From positions 55,304,001 to 55,368,000 of the forward strand of contig OX597823.1 in assembly GCA_951406725.2 (NCBI GenBank): a DNA stretch of 64,000 nt, read 5' to 3'. The position numbers and the translations under genes are program-made. Of the stretch, positions 10,949-22,027 are shown one piece after another. Position 1 is the first letter of the stretch. Each line of letters begins with the position of its first letter. Source of the DNA: Octopus vulgaris (taxonomy: Eukaryota). The notes below the pieces were generated by a model. It saw only the letters and a list, made by a program, of their open reading frames with translations. It did not search any database and had not been told where the DNA came from.

Positions 10949-12570
10949 TGTGGAAATTCTGAACGGCGTTGACGCGGTTTCGCGTTTCGCTCGTTCAGCG
11001 CGTTACACTTTTTCTGTTTTGGCGGCCGTTTTCGGTCTGTCAGACAGAAGGAAATGGACAACCCCTACCTGATGGGAGATACGGCTGCAGTTTTTGAGTC
11101 TTTAACAGACTTGTCTACGTCTGAGGAGGAGCTAGAAATAGCAGTGAGGAAAATGGATCAGAAGCTGGGTTATACCTATGCCGGTGTAACCAAGAAGGCG
11201 GAAGAGAAAGGGGTCGACATGGCCAAGTTGCCAAGTTACCAGAAATACATGAAAAAGGAAAGCGGTGAGGTGGAACTATCACCGACACCCAGGAGAAAAG
11301 AATGGTATGATAAGAGGACCATTGTTTACAGGGTGTGCGCAAACGAAAGGAAGAGGGTAGAAGTTGTATCCATGGAATGGATAGAGGAAGCCCTGCGAAG
11401 AACTGAGGAGGAAATAAATTTTCTGACTCGAGGATCCAAGTACGGGACCGTAGTTGTGCACTTTAAAAGTGAATCTGCAGCGAGGAAGATGGCAGCGAAG
11501 GCGGTGAAGTCGGAAAAGGTAACACTGTTACCTACGTATTTAAACAGGAGGATTACACGAATAAGGGTGGAGGGAGTGCCACCAAACGTGGAGGCAGAAT
11601 GGATTGTGGCGGCTGTGATCAGCGGCCACGAGGACGAAGTGGATATTCTCCATGCCTCGGTTAAGTCCGAGGGCTGGAGAGGCGTAACAGTGGAGCTGAA
11701 CGTACAGGCAGAGACCGAGGTACTGGTGGACCTGACGGAAAGCATCAGACTGGGAGACGTGGTCATGAGAGTGTGGGTGGAGGGCAGGGCTCCACGTTGT
11801 TACAAGTGTGGCCTGAGGGGTCACATAAGAGCCTTCTGCCCTCCCCCAGGGAAAGAAATGGATTCCGAACCAGAGAGAGAGAAGCAGAAACCAGAGGAGA
11901 AGGAAACAGAGGAAGAGAATACACAGAAATGGAAGGAAGCTGGAAGTAAGAGGAAGAGAAGAATATGTGGAAAAAAAGAAAATAATATGGAACTCCAATC
12001 TACCCCAAAACCTCCCACACCCTCTGAGTCCCACCCTATCCATGCAGACATTGAACCCACCCGCTCCCCCCCAACAAGAAAACAAAAGAAAAAAAGAATA
12101 CACACACACAAGAGATTGAAATCGAACCCAGGCCGTACATTTGTACTATGACTGAACAGAAAGAAGTTAAAAGTCTAATGGAAGAGTATAAATGGTATGA
12201 TGTTGGAGAGACTAGGTATGCTGTGATTGAAAAGAAGAACATAGGTGAGTTTATGGGGAGGTGTGAAAGGGAGAATTGGGAGGTGAAAGATATAAGAATG
12301 AGCGATGAATTCGTGGAAAATATGGATGAGTATTTCGGAGTAAGAATGGATATGGAATTTATTCGTATTGACAAAGAACATTCAAGTGACTATGAAAAAC
12401 AAAGGACAGGTAAGTGATGCTGACGGACGGGGCCGTTGGTATCGCTTTCATTTTATCATTTTTTTTCGTTTAACAATTCATGTTCATAAAGTTTAATTAT
12501 AATGTTCTATGTCCCCATGTTTTGTGATGTCCGCCATTCTTCGTAGCCCCTTAGTGGGTAATAAAGAAAT
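10949..12570 (+). mobile_element. ORF1-only non-LTR retroelement, copy 2 (5'-truncated by ~58 nt)
   Basis: Begins at TGTGGAAATTCTGAACGG (equivalent to 9272 of copy 1) directly after the copy 1 tail. It is nearly identical to copy 1 except in the N-terminal coding segment, and has the same 3' tail. Confidence 0.85.
11054..12417 (+). pseudogene. ORF1 with CCHC knuckle, copy 2 (one frameshift near 12095)
   Basis: The 365-aa ORF plus the 12148-12417 C-terminal frame rebuild a protein collinear with copy 3. It has a 1-nt deletion in the A7/CA run, shared with copy 1. Confidence 0.8.
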
Positions 12571-14247
12571 ACGCGTTTTTTTGCGCTCTGTAAAATTCGG
12601 TTAAAAAAGAAAAAAGAACAAAAAGTGAATTGTGGTTGCGGAATTGGAACGTCGGTTGGTGCGGTTTCGCGTCGCACTGGTTCTGTGCGTCGCACGTTTT
12701 CTGTTCGGGAGGCCGTTTTTCGGTCTGAGGCGACTATGAGCCGCCTCTACCAAACGGATGAGATGGAAGGGAGAAATTTCTCTGAAAATTCGTCGACATC
12801 TGAGGAGGAGTTGGCGGTGAAAAAAATGGAAAGCACCTATGCAGGTATAACGAAGAAGTCAACAGAAAAAGAGATAGACCTGGCTAAGTTGACGGACTTC
12901 CAGGAGTTCATGAAGGAGGAGGAGAACGGAGAGGTTGAGCTGTTGCCTCTAGCAGGGCGCGGAGACTGGTTCCATCGTAGAACCATTAAATATAAAGTAT
13001 TTATGAATGGAGGTAGAAAAATGGAAGTGATTAACATGGAAGCAATTGAAGAGGCTTTCAAACGGACAGGAGAAGAAATTGTGTACATGACAAAAGGATT
13101 AGAATATGGAACCATAACGGTACAATTTAAAAGTGAGAAAGCAGCCAGGAATATAGCAGCCAAGGTGGTGAGTACAGAAAAGTTTTACTTGTTCCCCTCG
13201 TATTTGAATAGAAGGACCACCAGAATTAGGGTGGAAGGAATACCTCCACACCTAGAGGGCGAATTAATAACGGCTGCGGTTATCAAAGGAAATGAAGATA
13301 AAGTGGACATCCTCCACGCCATTATGAAATATGAAGGCGTGAGAGGTGCCACACTAGTAATGAACATACAGACGGAGGCGGAAGTTATAGAAAAGCTTAC
13401 GGACAGTATAAAAACTGGAAATATTATTATGAGAGTGTGGGTGGAGGGTAGGGCGCCCAGGTGCTACAAGTGTGGCATGAGGGGTCACATAAGAGCCTAC
13501 TGCCCTCCACCACTAAAGGAAAAAGAAAAGGAAATCGTCGCGGAAGCCCCAAAAGAGGAAGAAACCAAAGAGAACCAAAGGGAAAAAGAAACGACAGAAG
13601 AAGAGGAGATGCAACAAGAGTGGGAAGAAGGAAGAAAAAAGAGAAAAAGAAAGAAAAAGAAAAACTGTGCGAAGCCCCAACCCACCCCAACACCACCCGC
13701 ACCCTCTGAATCCCACCCTTCCCCTGCAGACAGTGAACCCACCCGCTCCCCTCCAACAAGAAAACAAAAGAAAAATAATAATACAGACAGACAAGAGTTT
13801 GAAAACGAACCCAGGCCGAACATTTATATTGTGACTGAACAGAAAGAGGTTGAAAGGGTAATGGAGGAGTATGAATGGTATGAAATGGATGGGACCAGAT
13901 ATGCAGTGCTGGAAAAGAAGAATATAGATGAGTTTGTGTTGAGGTGTGAAAGGGAGAATTGGGAGGTGAAAGATACAAGAATGAGCGATGAATTCGTGGA
14001 ATATATGGAGGACAGTTTCGGAGTAAGAATGGATATGGATGGTCTTCGTATTGGGAATGAACATTCAGGTGACAGTGAAAACAAAAGGACAGGTAAGTGA
14101 TGCTGGCGGAGGGGGCCGTTAGCATCGCTTTCATATTATCATTTTTTCATTTTCATTTGCTCATAAATTTAATCATATTGTTCTATGTCCCCCATGTTTT
14201 GTTATGTCCGCCATTCTTCGTAGCCCCTGGTGGGTAATAAAGAAATA
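12571..14247 (+). mobile_element. ORF1-only non-LTR retroelement, copy 3 (divergent subfamily, intact)
   Basis: Starts ACGCGTTTTTTT right after the copy 2 tail, has the same architecture and ends TAGCCCCTGGTGGGTAATAAAGAAATA. Confidence 0.85.
12736..14100 (+). CDS. Intact 454-aa gag/ORF1-like nucleic-acid-binding protein (RRM-like, CCHC knuckle, acidic/basic linker, conserved C-terminal domain)
   Basis: Uninterrupted ORF from ATG 12736 with CYKCGMRGHIRAYC, a basic RKKRKRKKK stretch and a C-terminal domain conserved with copies 1/2 (RYAVLEKKNIDEF...ENWEVKD). Confidence 0.85.
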   Translation: MSRLYQTDEMEGRNFSENSSTSEEELAVKKMESTYAGITKKSTEKEIDLAKLTDFQEFMKEEENGEVELLPLAGRGDWFHRRTIKYKVFMNGGRKMEVINMEAIEEAFKRTGEEIVYMTKGLEYGTITVQFKSEKAARNIAAKVVSTEKFYLFPSYLNRRTTRIRVEGIPPHLEGELITAAVIKGNEDKVDILHAIMKYEGVRGATLVMNIQTEAEVIEKLTDSIKTGNIIMRVWVEGRAPRCYKCGMRGHIRAYCPPPLKEKEKEIVAEAPKEEETKENQREKETTEEEEMQQEWEEGRKKRKRKKKKNCAKPQPTPTPPAPSESHPSPADSEPTRSPPTRKQKKNNNTDRQEFENEPRPNIYIVTEQKEVERVMEEYEWYEMDGTRYAVLEKKNIDEFVLRCERENWEVKDTRMSDEFVEYMEDSFGVRMDMDGLRIGNEHSGDSENKRTGK

Positions 14248-14555
14248 ACATGGAGGAAAGCACCTTCGAAAAGTGTCTTGGTGCGACTATGAAAGATATC
14301 TAACCAGAGGCGGTAAATTCGCCACAATAGAAGCAAGGTTCGAGTCAACGGAGCGTGCAAGGGAGTACTCGACTCGAACTTGCAAAGTGGAAATATTTTA
14401 CTTTTACCTTTATATCTGGGACGTAGGACGTCCCGGATAAAAATTAAAAATACCCCGACCTACTCAGAAGTAGAGGTAGGCTGGATTGTAGCCACACTTC
14501 TATACAAGAGGGAGGACAAGATACAATTGATCGAAATTACAAGAGACGGGCTAAC
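14248..14555 (+). pseudogene. 3' half of the decayed related ORF1 fragment
   Basis: Translates, with frameshifts, as NMEESTFEKCL...YLTRGGKFATIEARFESTERARE...ILLLPLYLGRRTSRIKIKNTP...EVGWIVATLL. This aligns with FLTRGSKYGTVVVHFKSESAAR...TLLPTYLNRRITRIRVEGVPP..EAEWIVAAVI. Confidence 0.8.
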
Positions 14556-14742
14556 AATTCCAGTCTTTTATATATTTTGAGTATTGTTATCACTAGCGAT
14601 ATCAAAATATAACTTTGTATTTTGTATTTTATGTGTAGATGTATATATATAGATGTACATGTAATAAGTACACACATATATATATATACACATATATACA
14701 TGCACTAGCACTATGACCCGGCAACGACGGGTCATAATGCTA

Positions 14743-14788
<46 letters not shown>

Positions 14789-14799
14789 GGAATTACATT

Positions 14800-15030
14800 C
14801 ATGTATACTTACAGAAATCATCCACTGAGCATTGATAAAGAGTTTGCAAATACAGTACTCAAGTACTCAAGACACACTTTCAGTTTCATACCTATTATTA
14901 TTGGAGCAGCAGGATACATTGCAACCCGTCTGGTGCAAAGTATGGTTGAATTTGGGTTCAAGGAGAGAGATTGCTTCTCTTTAATTTTTACCCTACAAAT
15001 GATCACGTTATCAGCTTGATCTTCTTCTTA
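14800..15030 (+). mobile_element. REL-endonuclease LINE C-terminal remnant
   Basis: FSFIPIIIGAAGYIA resembles the (V/I)PIVIGALG motif at the end of R2/R4-type REL domains. Confidence 0.45.
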
Positions 15031-16058
15031 AGATTTAGAGAATAAAAAAAAAAGTTTTCCTTCACTACCCTGTTACCATATATACAAACATACATACATA
15101 GATGCATACATAATATGTACATACGTAGGTAGGTAGGTAGGTAGATACATCAATACGTGCATACATACATACATACATACATACATACATACATACATAC
15201 ATACATACATACATACATACATACATACATACATACATACATACATACATACGTAGGTATATACATACATACATACATACATACATACGTAGGTATATAC
15301 ATACATACGTACGTGCCACCCAATTTTCTGCTTTATTTTTTCATCAGAAAATCATTATTCTTGTTGTATAATGTAAGAGCAATGTTAGCAGCCAATCTGG
15401 CAAAAGTTCTTCTTTTTGTTGCCGTTGTCGTCGTCGTCGTCGTTATTGTTGTTGTTGTTGTTGTTGTTCTTCTTCTTCTTCTTCTTCTTCTTCTTTTCTT
15501 CTTCTTCTTCCATCTTTACCACTACCACCAGCACCGCCATCACTACCGTCGCCGAGATCTCCATGTTTTTAATTATTGCTTTGATGTTTATCGTTTGTCT
15601 TTAGAGGAATTTTTTTGTCTTTCTTTTACAGTTTCACAGACATCAAAGATAGCCATCGATTATGAAAGCCAATGCGCTAACAATAGGAAACTGTTACTTC
15701 TATTTTCCATCGTTTCCCTTCGTTTTCCTTTTCACCGTGTCACTATCTCTGTCTCTTACATTGTCTGCCTGCCTTTCTTACTGTTTCCCTCTCGTTCTCT
15801 CTCTCTCTCTCACACACGCATACACACTCTCTGTCTCTCTTTGTCTTTGTGTTTATCTCTCACTCTGTGTCTCTGCCTGTCTGTCTGTCTGTCTCTCTCT
15901 GTCTTGTTTCTGGCTTTCCGGCTATCTAAAGACATCCCCTATTATAATTCCTTCTCACGTTATCCTCATTATCCTGCCCTTCATCCTTCTTATCCAATTT
16001 TCTCTGCTTTATATACGTGTGTGTATATTTGTATGCGCGTGGCGCGTGTATACACATA

Positions 16059-16104
<46 letters not shown>

Positions 16105-16329
16105 CACAAACATATGCTCACACATACACATATCGATGCATGTATATATACATATAAGCATACAAACATACACACCTGTATACATACGTACATATATATC
16201 TATATATCCCCCCACACACACACACGCACGCACGCACACATAAATAATCTTTGAAGCTCGTAGCAAATCTTGTCTACGAAACAAGTTTCAACACCCGCTT
16301 TAAGCAAAATAAAAGTTCTCCATGATTAG

Positions 16330-16520
16330 CCTGATATTCTCACCGTATTTGGGAAATATGTAATACACTGGTTACATTTATAATTCATAAGCAAGTACAA
16401 TAGGTGTGGTATAATTTGTACTGGGATCGAATCGAAACCATGAACGAAATTGCGATTTCTGTACCATCGAGAAAAACTGCTACAAATCTCCCTCAATTCA
16501 CAATTTTTTGTTTTAGAAAG
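16330..16520 (-). mobile_element. Possible LINE RT remnant
   Basis: GFDSIPVQIIPHLLYLLMNYKCN weakly resembles RT domain 3 (AFDSVPH..I). Confidence 0.35.
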
Positions 16521-16547
16521 GGGACACATTGTATCATGTAATCTTGA

Positions 16548-16639
<92 letters not shown>

Positions 16640-16907
16640 CTTTGCTTGGCTGCCTGATTGCCTGCCTTCCTACTTACCTATCTACAATGTTTCCTGCTGT
16701 CGGAGCTTGACTTCATCATGTATTCTATATTCTTTAACCCATTCTTGTCTATATTTTGGTGCTTCTTTACTGTTGAAGATTCGCACCACAACATCTGTTT
16801 AATTCAAACCTTCTCTATTTGTGGCGGTGATGGTGGCGTTAACTAGCTCCCAGTATTTCGATAACATCTTGATGGAAAATACTTTCGCTATTATCACGTC
16901 ACAAAAT

Positions 16908-17760
16908 GGCAGTGAGGTAGCAGAATCGTACAGCGCCGGACGAAATGCTTAACGACATTTCTTCTGACTTTAGGTTCTGTCGGGGTCGACTTTGCAGTTC
17001 GTCATTTCGGGATCGATAAAATAAGTACCAGTTGTACGCTGGGGTCTATATCGACTTATTTTTCTCTCCTGAAATTGCCAGTCTTGTTCTAGAATTTGAT
17101 ATTATTATAACCACATCACGAACAGGCGGCGTGTGGGCAAAAACGTTAGCACGCCGGGCGAAATGCTTAGCGGTATTTCGTCTGCCGTTACGTTGCGAGT
17201 TCAAATTCCGCCGAGGTCGACTTTGCCTTTCATCCTTTCGGGGTCGATAAATTAAGTACTAGTTACGCTCTGGGGTCAATGTAATCGACTTAATCCCTTT
17301 GTCTGTCCTTGTTTGTCCACTCTATGTTTAGCCTCTTGTGGGTAGTAAAGAAATAAGTATTGCGTCTATCTTTACATTCTGAGCTCAAATTCCACCGAGG
17401 TCGAGTTTGCCTTTCATCCTTTCGGAGTCGATAAAGAAAGAAGAAACAGTCAGGTACTGGGGTCGACTTAATCAACTAGCCCTTCCCACAAAATTTCAGG
17501 CCTTCTCCCTGTATAATAAAGGATTATTACCACACCACGAAGGCGGCGCACTGGCAGAATCGATAGATCGCTGGACAAAAATGCTAACGGCATTTCTTCC
17601 AATTCATTATTTTCTGAGCTCAAAAATTACACTGATGTCAACTTCGCATTATTTCCTTTCAGAATCGATAAAAGAAAGTATCATTTGAGCACTGAGGTCG
17701 ATTGAATCGTCTTTCCCTTTCCCCTCAGAACTGCTGATCTTGTGCCAAAATTACAAAGAA
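16908..17760 (+). mobile_element. Cluster of about four tandem/nested SINE family A copies
   Basis: Repeated GGCAGAATCG head, GAGTTCAAATTCC B-box and CTTTGCCTTTCATCCTTTCGGGGTCGATAAA core at about 16910, 17125, 17360 and 17540. Confidence 0.85.
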
Positions 17761-17809
17761 TTCAACACACTATATTGAATCGAAGTCTAAAAAAGCACAG
17801 CAATATATA

Positions 17810-17990
17810 ATGATGTTCAAATAGATTGGTATTCAAACAGATTGCTATTATCTCGCGAGTATTGCTGCTTACAACTGCCGTCCGGAATGAAACAAATAAC
17901 AGATAAATTATGGAAAAAATGACTGATTGTTGATGACATTGTGCTTTTGCAGATAATTATACCAACTTCAAGGTGCGATAACCCATACTT
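17810..17990 (+). mobile_element. Decayed LINE RT fragment (around the catalytic DD motif)
   Basis: LIVDDIVLL at about 17922-17950, with an upstream GIQ..C.LS-like stretch. Confidence 0.35.
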
Positions 17991-19099
17991 TTGAAGAGTA
18001 TTAAAATGTGCCCCCTCTTTTTTTCTATCACCGGAAAAAGATTATTTATGAAGTTAGGCATTTTTGCTTGCTGTTGCAGTGTTAATTGATCCTACTGATA
18101 TTATTTTCTTTCTCAAAAGCTTCGATGATATGAACACTTGACATCAATTTTAGTCTAAAGGTTATCATCGTCTTTTTTCATAGTTAATTGTTGCCGTTTA
18201 GAGCAAGCAGTGAAATTGTTAAAACATTTTCTTACAGCATCTCAAGACTCAAATTGCTAGCTACTAGGTCAGCTTCAAAGCAAAGGTAGGAAAAAGTATA
18301 GGGACAATGAAACGTCGGCCAGAGGCAGCTGGGCAGAGTTCAATATGGTTATGGGCAAAAAAAAAAATAATAATAATAAATATATAATAGCTAGAGCTGG
18401 AAAGGAAAACTGCAATGTGCTAAATCTAGTATGAAGGAAATCAAGTTATATAGAAATCAAGTTATATTGAAATTATATTGAAATCAAGAAATAGATGCGC
18501 AGTGTCAGTTTTTGCGGTGGTAGTTGTAACTGAGCGATAAACACTACAGTTAAAGGAAATAAGACCACCTCAAGGCTCTGTGTCTAATTCCCACAAAAGG
18601 TGATATTTCAAAAACACCAAGAGTACACCTAGGAGTCATGACCTAGGAAGGCCCTGTTCCCTTCGAATATCGAGAACAAACGGGCCGAAATGTTTGTTTG
18701 ATAGTTCTTCCTCTGAAATTTCTCCTGCTGTTGGCTCAACCCGTAGCGAATTTCCACTTATAAAAAATAACTGTGCTGCATAAAATTCTTAGAAACTGGT
18801 CAGATATAAATGCATTTTGTAATCAATACATATTATATCCAGCGAACGTCTTAGATTAAAACTTTTAGTTCGGGACATAAACGCGGAGACGCATTATGGA
18901 CAAGAGGTTTGTCACCTAGTTGTTGTATGGTACAAAGCCACGAGGTGGTCGTCCTTCATCAAAATGTTATCACTAGTAACACAGCTAGTAACTTTATGCT
19001 GTCCTTCTTCTTCAATGTTCAACTGAGCATGGATGGCGTACAGTGAGGATCTAATATTCTAACCACATCGTTCTTATTGTTTGTATATATCTTTCGTAT

Positions 19100-19520
19100 T
19101 TCATCTTTTCTTTGTTTCAGTCAATTGGACTGTGGCCATACAGGGACATCGTCTTTAAGGGTTTAGTCGTATAAATTGATACCAGTACATATTTTTAAAC
19201 CCTGATATTTATTCTGTCGTTCTCTTTATGCCGAGTCACGAGGTTACTAGGAACGTAAACAAACAAACAACGGAATGTCAAGTCAGATGGGCGGACAAAA
19301 CACAAACACAAAGACACATGCACACACACATACACACACGCGCACGCGAACACTTATATAGATGACGGGGTTATTTCAGTTTCCGTCGACCAAATCCACT
19401 CACAAGAATTTGGTCGACCCGGTGCTATAGCACAAGACACTTGCTCAAGGATCCACGCAGTAGGACTGAAGCCAGACCCATGTGATTATGACACAAGCTT
19501 CCTACCTCATAGCCAGAACT
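19100..19520 (-). mobile_element. SINE family B
   Basis: Reverse complement of the family B consensus (TTTCAGTTTCCGTCGACCAAATCCACTCACAAG...GACACTTGCTCAAGG). Confidence 0.75.
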
Positions 19521-19776
19521 TCAATGGCATGAGTATTCTAAATTGCTTTAAGCATCATTGGACGAGATTAGATGTAGGTTTACTTGCTACTTCGAAGCAG
19601 ATTGAACGACCACATTCGATCAGTTTCTGATGCAAAACTTGGGGTATATAGTTTTGCAGTGAACGTTTACGCACTTTCTTTGGCAATATGACAATTTACG
19701 ATTCTCTCTCTATATATACACACATACATACATATATATACGTATATATACATATATATACACATATATATATATG

Positions 19777-19828
<52 letters not shown>

Positions 19829-20232
19829 TATACATACACACATATATATATATATGGATATATATATTTACACGCACACAAACACTTACACATATACACA
19901 GACATATGCACACAGTCAAATGGAGTATACACATACTAAAATGATGGTTGGTGAAGTTTGAGTAATGTAGAGAGCGATATGTGCTATAATTAGAAAAATA
20001 TTGATGATTATTGAATATTATCTAATAATGAGAAAAGAAACATGAATAAATAAAGTGTTACCAAAATGTGTGTGTGTGTGTGTGTGTGCCTGTGTGTGAG
20101 AGAAATTACATTCATACACACACATCTATACAAGTGCATGGACAGAAAATTACAAACTAACTTATATAGCATCACACATACATGTGTCTGTGTGTGTGTA
20201 TGTGACTGCACGAGCTTACTTGCACATTGATA

Positions 20233-20271
<39 letters not shown>

Positions 20272-20367
20272 TCATACATATATATATACATATATATATA
20301 TGCATGCACATACAATACTCACATTGTTTACGCATACGTACATGAATAAACATACGTTTGTATATAT

Positions 20368-20452
<85 letters not shown>

Positions 20453-20590
20453 CATATGTACATATATACATATATATGCCAGTGTGCTCGAATGTGTCTA
20501 TATATACATACATACACACACACTCACACATATATATATATACAGTTTACTTAGATACTTATGCCTTTACATATGCACACGTGTGTATGT

Positions 20591-20625
<35 letters not shown>

Positions 20626-21092
20626 GACAACAAGTTTGTATACTCTTTTGGCTATATGTACCTCCATAACCCCGAGGCACTAAAGCACTCTCGTCTGTGT
20701 AACGTGATGATGGAGTCGGTACACGATATACAATTATACAATCAATGTGTAACCAGTAAGATTTCTAATTAACTAATTAGTTTACTATACAGCAAATGCA
20801 GAAAATGTTTCATATATATTGTATTAACTTTTATATTTCATTTTTCAGAAGTGCATATTTATTATCATTATTTCAATTTCATAAATAAATAAAGAAATAC
20901 TTAATTAAGACATTTTCGTACAGTAATATGAATCTTCCATTAAAACATTGAAACTCAGCGCCTGATGCGTCTTTCATTTTTAGAGAATCATAAAGAATAA
21001 CGAAGTGTGAGAACACCCACTCATACGCAACGGATATATTTACTTGTCTATCGAATACATAATCCATTTATCAGACAGATTCTCCGTAAAAA

Positions 21093-21305
21093 GGCGGCGA
21101 GCTGGCAGAATCGTTACCATGCCGGGCAAAATGCTAAGCAGCATTTCGTCTGTCTTTACATTTTGAGTTCAAATTCCACCGAGGTTGAATTTGCCTTTCA
21201 TCCTTTTGGGGTTCATAAAATAAATACCAATGAAACACTGGGGTCGATATAATCGACTATTCCATTCCCCCGAAATTTTAGGTCTTGTGCCTAGAGTAGA
21301 AAGGA
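21093..21305 (+). mobile_element. SINE family A
   Basis: GGCGGCGAGCTGGCAGAATCGTT head, GAGTTCAAATTCC, the family core and an alternative tail ending CCTAGAGTAGAAAGG. Confidence 0.85.
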
Positions 21306-21612
21306 ATCTATCTCTCCATATAAACGTGCGCGTACACACATAAAGGGACATAAAATTAAGATATATTTAGAGATGCTATATATATATACTGTCTTCATTA
21401 ACGGCAATAGGTTTTTTCCTCGGTTTTTTCCTCGGATTTTATAATTTTTATAAGTTTTTTTATATATATATACATATATTTTTGACCTTTTTGTTTATCG
21501 CTCGAAGATTGACCGTTTTTTCTAAAGGGCCAATCAAACAAGTCCATTTCTTTTTAAAGGTGTAGCGTTTGTAAGAGTATAGATTGAATTAATATATATG
21601 TTCCATTCTAGC

Positions 21613-21660
21613 AAAAACTGTCTGATGAACGGCAACGAGAAACTCAGAGTAACAGATTTT
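21613..21660 (+). ncRNA. Minimal type I hammerhead ribozyme candidate
   Basis: AAAAACTGT-CTGATGA-ACG(GCAA)CGA-GAAAC-TCAGA-GTA-ACAGATTTT. It has intact CUGAUGA and GAAA cores, stem I CTGT/ACAG and a near-palindromic stem III. Stem II is weak. Confidence 0.6.
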
Positions 21661-21687
21661 GTTGAATTTTCTGCTGCTTAAAATAAA

Positions 21688-21726
<39 letters not shown>

Positions 21727-21729
21727 CAT

Positions 21730-21970
21730 GTGCGTGGTACCTTGAGCAAGCGTCTTCTTCTATAAGCCTCGGGTCGATCGAAGCCTTGTAAATGGGTTTG
21801 GTAGACTGTGACTGAAAGAAGCCTGTCGTATATATATGTGTGTGTGTGTATTTGCTATTTTTGCCTGCTTGTCCTCACACCATCTCTTGACAACTGATGT
21901 TGATGCGTTCACGTCCCTGTCACTTAGCAGTTCGCCAAAAAGTGATCGATAGAATAAATACTAGGCTTAA
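21730..21970 (+). mobile_element. SINE family B, 5'-truncated
   Basis: GCGTGGTACCTTGAGCAAGCGTCTTCTT...GATAGAATAAATACTAGGCTT. Confidence 0.7.
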
Positions 21971-21976
21971 ATGTAT

Positions 21977-22027
<51 letters not shown>

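Larger units (their letters stand above)
8685..14743 (+). mobile_element. Non-autonomous Helitron-like element hosting the retroelement array
   Basis: The 5' part TATATAAAACTGAGAATGTGTGTGTCTGTCTG... (8685-8975) recurs at 46950-47380. The 3' end is hairpin TATGACCCG-GCAACGA-CGGGTCATA followed by ATG-CTAG|T at 14740-14744. The 5' TC is obscured by (TA)n, and linking the two ends is inference. Confidence 0.6.

Noticed and set aside
12085-12110. Programmed -1 frameshift at the A7 run shared by copies 1 and 2
   Set aside because: The in-frame heptamer is G_AAA_AAA, not a canonical X_XXY_YYZ. Copy 3 is in frame without shifting. A homopolymer mutation or sequencing error is more likely.
12625-12735. 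N-terminal extension of the 491-aa ORF from a GTG start
   Set aside because: The region aligns with the non-coding 5' UTR of copies 1/2. The first ATG at 12736 is close to the start position of the other copies.
9492-14134. Antisense ORFs over the ORF1 genes
   Set aside because: They are shadow frames of purine-rich coding sequence with no recognisable motifs.
9214-14247. LTR retrotransposon gag or a host zinc-knuckle gene family
   Set aside because: There are no LTRs, PBS or PPT and no introns or intergenic spacers. The 5' truncation and SINE-shared tail fit non-LTR retroposition better.
18640-18700. Hammerhead-like GGCCC...GGGCC-GAAAT
   Set aside because: The core and cleavage triplet are too degenerate to support a call.
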